NCBI RefSeq assembly: GCF_000002075.1
Contig: NW_004798408.1
Coordinates: 67,339 to 131,338, forward strand
Reading direction: 5' to 3'
DNA from: Aplysia californica
Lineage: Eukaryota
DNA length: 64,000 nucleotides
Part shown: in pieces, positions 59,201-64,000 of the stretch
Position numbering within the stretch: position 1 is the first letter of the stretch
Layout: each line of letters starts with the position of its first letter
The notes under the pieces: generated by a model
Told to the model about the DNA's origin: nothing
Database searches by the model: none
Seen by the model: only the letters and a program-made list of their open reading frames with translations
Program-made: the position numbers and the translations under genes

Positions 59201-60604
59201 TCCTCTTTAGGGAGGAAGACATAGAGGAGCCGCACCCCGCCGGGCAGTTCTAGGACTGCTGTCAGGTCATCCACAGCGAGGGATTGCGGAGGAGGGAGGG
59301 TGGTGGGAGGGGAGTGGGGGAGAGCGGAAGGGGTGGAGGGAAGAGGAGAGGGGAAGGGGAGGGGGAGGGGGGAGAGGAGAGGGAAGGGGAGGGGGGAAGG
59401 AGAGGAGGGAGGGGGGTTATAAGGCAAGATGGTTTGAGAGGAAAAGAGAGAAAATTGGGGGGGGGGGGGTTGGAGGTGGTGGTGTGGCAGAAAATCAAGA
59501 AAAGATTATCATAAAGTACATGCAAGTGTTCTTCTGAGGACAATAAAAAAAAGTAACTTTATGAGCACATTTTAAAAGTAAGAAATATCCTGTCCAAGGT
59601 CTCAAGGTCTCAAATTCAAAAGTCATAGGTTCATCTCTTCACTGTATATTGAAGAAAGTTGTGATTTAAAGACTTAGGTGACACTCTTAGCAAAGGTTTG
59701 CCCTGCCTACAAGCTAGGCTTTTCTTTAGATGCTTAGGGTGAAGTTTGTGAGTCGGGACGGGTGGGGGGTGACTTGTCTACTGGGTTAACTTCAAAATTG
59801 GAATGTTTTTTTAGATTAAGTTAGTGTTTTGCGGCACTTGCAGCACAATAAGGTCATATAAGTGCCACAGACTAGAGGTGTTGCAAGAGAGTAACAAACA
59901 CAATAAGGTCATATAAGTGCCACAGACTAGAGGTGTTGCAAGAGAGTAACAAACACAATAAGGTCATATAAGTGCCACAGATTAGAGGTGTTGCAAGAGA
60001 GTAACAAACACAATAAGGTCATATAAGTGCCACAGATTAGAGGTGTTGCAAGAGAGTAACAAACACAATAAGGTCATATAAGTGCCACAGATTAGAGGTG
60101 TTGCAAGAGAGTAACAAACAGAAAAAAAAGGAGGAGAGATCAGGAAAATAGATGTTTGATAGGAAAGAAGGAGCAAAATTGGAATGTATCTCAACTCAGT
60201 ACTTTCATTTTAGTTATAACCAGACAAAGCCAACAGATGATTAACGATCAGCGTAAACTCAAAAACTATAACATCACTGTCCTTGTAATATCATTTTCGT
60301 TAGCACTTGACGAACACCACAGAAAATAACCGATCAGCGCAAACTCAACAACTATAATAATGTGGAATCAGTAAACACATTGCCATACTCACAGGAGTTC
60401 GCTCGGACACAGGGGAACTGAAACAAAGTTTAGAACATGGGAGGTCATGGGAGGTCACAGGAGGTCATGGGAGGTGACAGGAGGTCATAAACACATAACA
60501 GGAGTTTCAAATTAATAAACTGTTTTCAACCAAGAGATGGGAAATTTTAAAAAATCCCAACAGTGTAAATTTTATTTTTATTAATATTAATAATAATAAT
60601 AATG

Positions 60605-60656
<52 letters not shown>

Positions 60657-61376
60657 TAATAATAATAAATAGCATTTGCATGGCGCATAACCCCGTTATA
60701 GTTATATTAACTAGTAATAGGTCCTTTCAACACTGACATAATGAGCTATGAACAAGAACTGGAAGGAAGACAGAAGAGCAATTAAGAAAGATTGTACTGT
60801 GATTTATAACAGAAGTGAAAGGTGAAGATACAATTCGAGCACTGCTAAGTGACAAATAATTAAAACCAATATTGTTTGCTTGAGTGAACTTCTAAGCTCC
60901 TTAAAAATAAAGAATAACATGAACATTTGAACATAAGATGGGNNNNNNNNNNNNNNNNNNNNNNNNNNNNNNNNNNNNNNNNNNNNNNNNNNNNNNNNNN
61001 NNNNNNNNNNNNNNNNNNNNNNNNNNNNNNNNNNNNNNNNNNNNNNNNNNNNNNNNNNNNNNNNNNNNNNNNNNNNNNNNNNNNNNNNNNNNNNNNNNNN
61101 NNNNNNNNNNNNNNNNNNNNNNNNNNNNNNNNNNNNNNNNNNNNNNNNNNNNNNNNNNNNNNNNNNNNNNNNNNNNNNNNNNNNNNNNNNNNNNNNNNNN
61201 NNNNNNNNNNNNNNNNNNNNNNNNNNNNNNNNNNNNNNNNNGTTATGGGACATGAGAAACAGAAGCTTCCGGGTCAAACTGTTGCTGAGCTGGGAACACA
61301 GGACCCTGCACCAGAGATGGAGTCATTGTGGAAAGGTCAAGGCCATGCAAACACAAAAGAACGAATTGCGTCTTGT

Positions 61377-61434
<58 letters not shown>

Positions 61435-63181
61435 AACGGTGACAATTCTCATACCCATGGAGTTTAGATCTACCCTACGCTGACCTAACACCTTTTTCTT
61501 ATTCGCAGCAGTTTTGAGAAATCAATTAATCAAATATGAATAAACCAACAAGCTCTTATCACAATCTGCAAAAGAAACANNNNNNNNNNNNNNNNNNNNN
61601 NNNNNNNNNNNNNNNNNNNNNNNNNNNNNNNNNNNNNNNNNNNNNNNNNNNNNNNNNNNNNNNNNNNNNNNNNNNNNNNNNNNNNNNNNNNNNNNNNNNN
61701 NNNNNNNNNNNNNNNNNNNNNNNNNNNNNNNNNNNNNGGATAACATATGTTGGTTTTTAAGGTATTAAATGCATAGTTCTGTTATCCTTTCTTTCCCCAA
61801 CCCTCTGATGACCTGTTTCTGCTGAACAACGCTCCGGCGATGACACCTTTGTGTCGCAAACTTCGCTGCAGGATGTGAGAGGCATGGAGAAACAGGCCGC
61901 CCTGACTCTGTCGACAAAGACAAGAAGAAAAGTTAGAGAGTAAATGGTGGACGCAGAAAGAGAGTTGGACATTGAAATTGAAAAACAAAAAAAATAAAAC
62001 AAAACCCAAAACCCTCAACTAGTGCAGTTGGACATTCAAACATTCAAATGGAAATTTTGAAAACAACAAAGCAAAACAAAAAACAACAAACCTTACCTTG
62101 TGCAGTTTGAAATCTAAATTTAAAAAACAACAAAGCTCACCTGGTGTAGTAGGACATTCAAACTGAAATTTAAAAACAAAAACAAAAACAAAAAACCCTC
62201 ACCTTGTGCAGTTCAACATTGAAATTGAAATTTTTTTTAAAACCAAACAAAAAAACCCAAAAAAATCCTCCTCTCACCTAGTGCAGCTGTATATTGAAAT
62301 TGAAATTAAAATATAATAGTGCAGTTGAACAGTACAACTGAAAAAAAATATAAACAACCCTCACCTTGTACAGTTGAACATCAAAATTTAAAAAACAACC
62401 AAACATTACAACCAAAAAACCTCCTCTCACCTTGTGCAGCTGTACATAAGGCAGGATCTGGAAGGCCTGGGAGAGAATGTCTCCCCTGAGCTGACACAGC
62501 GGCACGTACATGTCCCACACCTGGTTCAGCTCACGCAGGAAGTGATCCGAGGACACACGCTGTGGGGAACGAGGAGGGGGAGGAGGAGGGGGGGGGGGGG
62601 ATAATGTTAACACGAAAAGGGGAGGAGGAGGATTAATGTAAACAGGAAAAGGGGGAGGAGGAGGAGGGGGGGGAGATAATTTAAATAGGAAAAAGAGAGA
62701 GGGGGGGGGATAGTGTTAGCAGGAAAAGGGGAGGAGGAGGAGGAGGTGGAAAACTATTAACACAAAAAGGAGAAGTGAAGGACGAAGAAAAAGGTTAACA
62801 GGAGAGGAGGGGGGGGGGTGGAGGAAGGATAACGTTAACAAAAAAGGAGAGGAGGAGGAATAAAATTCATAAGTAAAGAAGAGGAGGAGGAATAGAGTGA
62901 ATTGGGAAAATGGGAGGAGGAAGAATAGAGATCATATGAAAAAGACGAGGATGAGGAGAAAGTGTTGCAGTTTCTGGCCAGTCTCTGGAAAATGACAAAC
63001 TCAGAAACTGGCTTTGAGAGCTAACATTTTAAGAGATTCCAAATTGCCGTGGAGACAAGACACACCCACTGACCTCCTTCAGCGCCAGCAGACTGCCCTG
63101 GTAGAAGATGAAGGTGGACCAGACGTACTGCATGTGAGACACCAGGAACTTGTCCGGGATGTCAGGGCTACCAGCCAAGCC
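40021..63181 (-). CDS. HPS4: Hermansky-Pudlak syndrome 4 protein homolog (BLOC-3 subunit, tri-longin Rab32/38 GEF); 5'-partial
   Basis: Exons (minus): 63074..63181, 62431..62559, 61813..61907, <61242..61305 (runs into gap), 60393..60417, 56803..59258 (or 59255), 52998..53078, 51934..51991, 41985..42093, 40021..40192. Segments resemble, in order, recalled human HPS4 segments: FIFYQGSL, LHASHILQ...GVIAGAL, VLCSQL...LTRKLL, LPGGVRLLYVFLPKEE, a long disordered insert, LTLYVQGHSDTLLVLLL, YQFMKYD, MHESF, ETFFQ...G.S.P.D..F.L. Phases are consistent wherever both splice sites are visible. Confidence 0.88.
40301..40647 (-). mobile_element. CORE-type SINE
   Basis: Full-length reverse copy with (AAT)n tail. 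Confidence 0.87.
41515..41868 (+). mobile_element. tRNA-derived CORE-type SINE with an L2-like tail ending (ATT)n
   Basis: A box TGGCCTAGTGG, B box GGTTCGAATCC, CORE-like GTTGTGTCCTTGGGAAAGGCACTT, tail TGTAAAGCGC...GCGCTATATAAATG. Confidence 0.88.
41985..42093 (-). CDS. HPS4: HPS4 exon
   Basis: GSALQPVTSLANEIVDSCVQMHESFTEMPDLQDVTF. Confidence 0.88.
46688..46900. repeat. 45-bp minisatellite, ~4.7 copies
   Basis: Unit CTACGTAGATCAAAGATATTATAAGAGATCCTATAGTTTGGAACA. Confidence 0.95.
46982..47510. mobile_element. TTAA-flanked MITE with CTCTTTCAC TIR, carrying a nested MITE at 47238-47486
   Basis: ttaa|ctctttcac...gtgaaagag|ttaa. Confidence 0.7.
47579..48750. repeat. 66-bp minisatellite, ~18 copies
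   Basis: Unit AGTGACAGATGACCAAGTTTTACACTGAGTGGTCAGACTGTGGCCTCTACTCTACAACTCTATATA. Confidence 0.97.
50828..50947. repeat. 43-bp tandem repeat, ~3 copies
   Basis: ATATCGTGTAAAGAGACAGGAGTCATGGGCTACGATGCCTCAC. Confidence 0.9.
51135..51657. mobile_element. MITE-like element with ~22-bp TIRs
   Basis: ctaaggtatcgaataaa ... tttattcgatatcttag. Confidence 0.6.
51934..51991 (-). CDS. HPS4: HPS4 exon
   Basis: NLGASYQFMKYDPLTQKLR. Confidence 0.85.
52998..53078 (-). CDS. HPS4: HPS4 exon
   Basis: WKSCLSHLAELDFEVKDAERHMKDDSE. Confidence 0.85.
53366..53545 (-). mobile_element. ~180-bp headless retroposon with I/Nimb-like tail; representative of ~16 copies (about 11135-11302, 11432-11610, 11677-11850, 12394-12580, 13630-13803, 23809-24210, 28169-28345, 28522-28683, 31440-31610, 40705-40881, 51662-51832, 52580-52830, 54505-54682, 56274-56441, 59820-60178)
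   Basis: Consensus GTGGGTGGTTGGCGGGTGCTCTGGTGTGG...GGCACTTATATGACCTTATTGTGTTGCAAGTGCCGTAAAACTCTTACTAAAAC; TSD GGGGAGGGGTGTTAG at 53351-53365 and 53546-53560. Confidence 0.85.
55284..55722. mobile_element. MITE-like element, 4888-5324 family (inverted)
   Basis: Shared IRs and internal sequence. Confidence 0.78.
55734..56094 (-). mobile_element. CORE-type SINE (partial copies also at ~2361-2515, ~37019-37170, ~63300-63356; degenerate at ~21730-21995)
   Basis: Full-length reverse copy with (AAT)n tail. Confidence 0.87.
56207..56258. repeat. (AG)n microsatellite
   Basis: Seen directly. Confidence 0.95.
56803..59258 (-). CDS. HPS4: HPS4 large exon (~2.45 kb; longin-2 strands flanking a long Ser/Asp/Glu/Gly-rich linker)
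   Basis: Core of ORF 56662..59427; acceptor ctgacagcag, donor TTG|gtgagt. Confidence 0.9.
59844..60120. repeat. 55-bp minisatellite (5 copies) amplified inside a short retroposon
   Basis: Unit CACAATAAGGTCATATAAGTGCCACAGATTAGAGGTGTTGCAAGAGAGTAACAAA. Confidence 0.93.
60393..60417 (-). CDS. HPS4: Putative HPS4 25-nt microexon
   Basis: tttgtttcag|TTCCCCTGTGTCCGAGCGAACTCCT|gtgagt; if read from phase 0, its phase-1 exit matches the big exon. Confidence 0.6.
60589..60670. repeat. (AAT)n microsatellite, expanded SINE tail
   Basis: Followed by SINE tail remnant AAATAGCATTTG. Confidence 0.9.
61242..61305 (-). CDS. HPS4: HPS4 exon, truncated by assembly gap
   Basis: VLCSQLSNSLTRKLLFLMSHN. Confidence 0.8.
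61813..61907 (-). CDS. HPS4: HPS4 exon
   Basis: SQGGLFLHASHILQRSLRHKGVIAGALFSRN; weak donor gtcatc but the phase fits the next exon. Confidence 0.82.
61960..62445. repeat. Degenerate tandem repeat of an HPS4 exon end and splice donor
   Basis: CTCACCTTGTGCAG-like motif recurs ~7 times at 44-90 bp spacing. Confidence 0.85.
62431..62559 (-). CDS. HPS4: HPS4 exon
   Basis: RVSSDHFLRELNQVWDMYVPLCQLRGDILSQAFQILPYVQLHK. Confidence 0.88.
63074..63181 (-). CDS. HPS4: HPS4 exon
   Basis: GLAGSPDIPDKFLVSHMQYVWSTFIFYQGSLLALKE. Confidence 0.88.
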
Positions 63182-64000
63182 CTGTAATAGATAGATAGAT
63201 AGATAGACAGATAGATAGATGGATAGATAGACGGAACAATGGATGGATGGGTGGGTGGGTGGATGGATAGATGGACAGATACATAGATGGATAGATACAT
63301 ATAGCATTTGTATAGCGCAAATCCCCTCTCAACAGCAAGCTCTATGCACTTCACAATCTATTCTATGATACCTATATATCTATAATACCACAGCACAACA
63401 AGTTATACACGTGATCAAACAGGCAGTCCATAGCAGCAACATTTTCTTCATCTCTGCTAACTCTGTACCTAACTTGGAATAATAAAAAGAACAGTTTATG
63501 CAAAAAGCAACGACACAGGCACTAAAGAAACAAAGACTAAGAAGAAGTAAAATGGACTCTGTGTTAGTGTGTCATTGCTTAAAAACTCCTCAGGAAGCTG
63601 AAAATGTTTCAGAATAGTATACAGAGAAGTCTGACAACGTTTAGCCTACATTCAAGTAAGGAAATGCACTATATCAATGCAATCTACGACCATTCTTCCT
63701 ATTTTTAGTTACCACTTCGTCTCATCCCCTCCAACTATCTTTGCTTCTCTCCATTCATCAAGCTATTCCTCAATCTACATCTAAATACCTTTCTCCCCCC
63801 CCACTTCCTTTACATTTGAGACAAGTCTAGTTCTGTCAAAGCCTATCAACACACTTCATCACTTCTAGCATCCACACCAAATCAGAGTCAAAGCGATCAG
63901 ATCAAAACATGATTTTTTAAAACCTCAAATGTATTAACAATTCAATATCTGTTGCACAGTTCTCCCATTCAGAAGACAAGTGTGTAATAGCAATAAAAAA

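Noticed and set aside
59259-59427. Pro-rich N-terminus of the 921-aa ORF
   Set aside because: It is the intronic pyrimidine tract upstream of the real acceptor; the tail after 56803 is also intronic.

Overview
Eukaryotic (metazoan) genomic DNA with assembly gaps, microsatellites and many SINEs and MITEs. The repeat landscape suggests a mollusc, possibly a gastropod such as Aplysia, but that is an inference. Three spliced genes were reconstructed exon by exon with GT-AG sites and consistent phases. (1) MMAB, the ATP:cob(I)alamin adenosyltransferase: 9 coding exons, minus strand, 12174-19655, 232 aa. (2) MVK, mevalonate kinase: 10 coding exons, plus strand, 20279-26923, 391 aa. (3) The 3' part of HPS4 (BLOC-3 subunit): minus strand, 40021-63181, 5' end outside the window. 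MMAB and MVK lie head-to-head with start codons 624 bp apart, as in human. The gap holds a perfect SREBP element (ATCACGCCAC), a second near-perfect one, and a Forkhead (GTAAACA) site near each. A second theme is that tandem repeats arise repeatedly at exon boundaries and stop codons of all three genes, creating arrays of duplicated splice sites; one example is nine in-frame acceptors before MVK exon 7. Retroposons include a very abundant ~180-bp element with no tRNA head, a fixed 5' end and clear TSDs, CORE-type SINEs and a Meta/MESC-like SINE. Several MITE families are also present.
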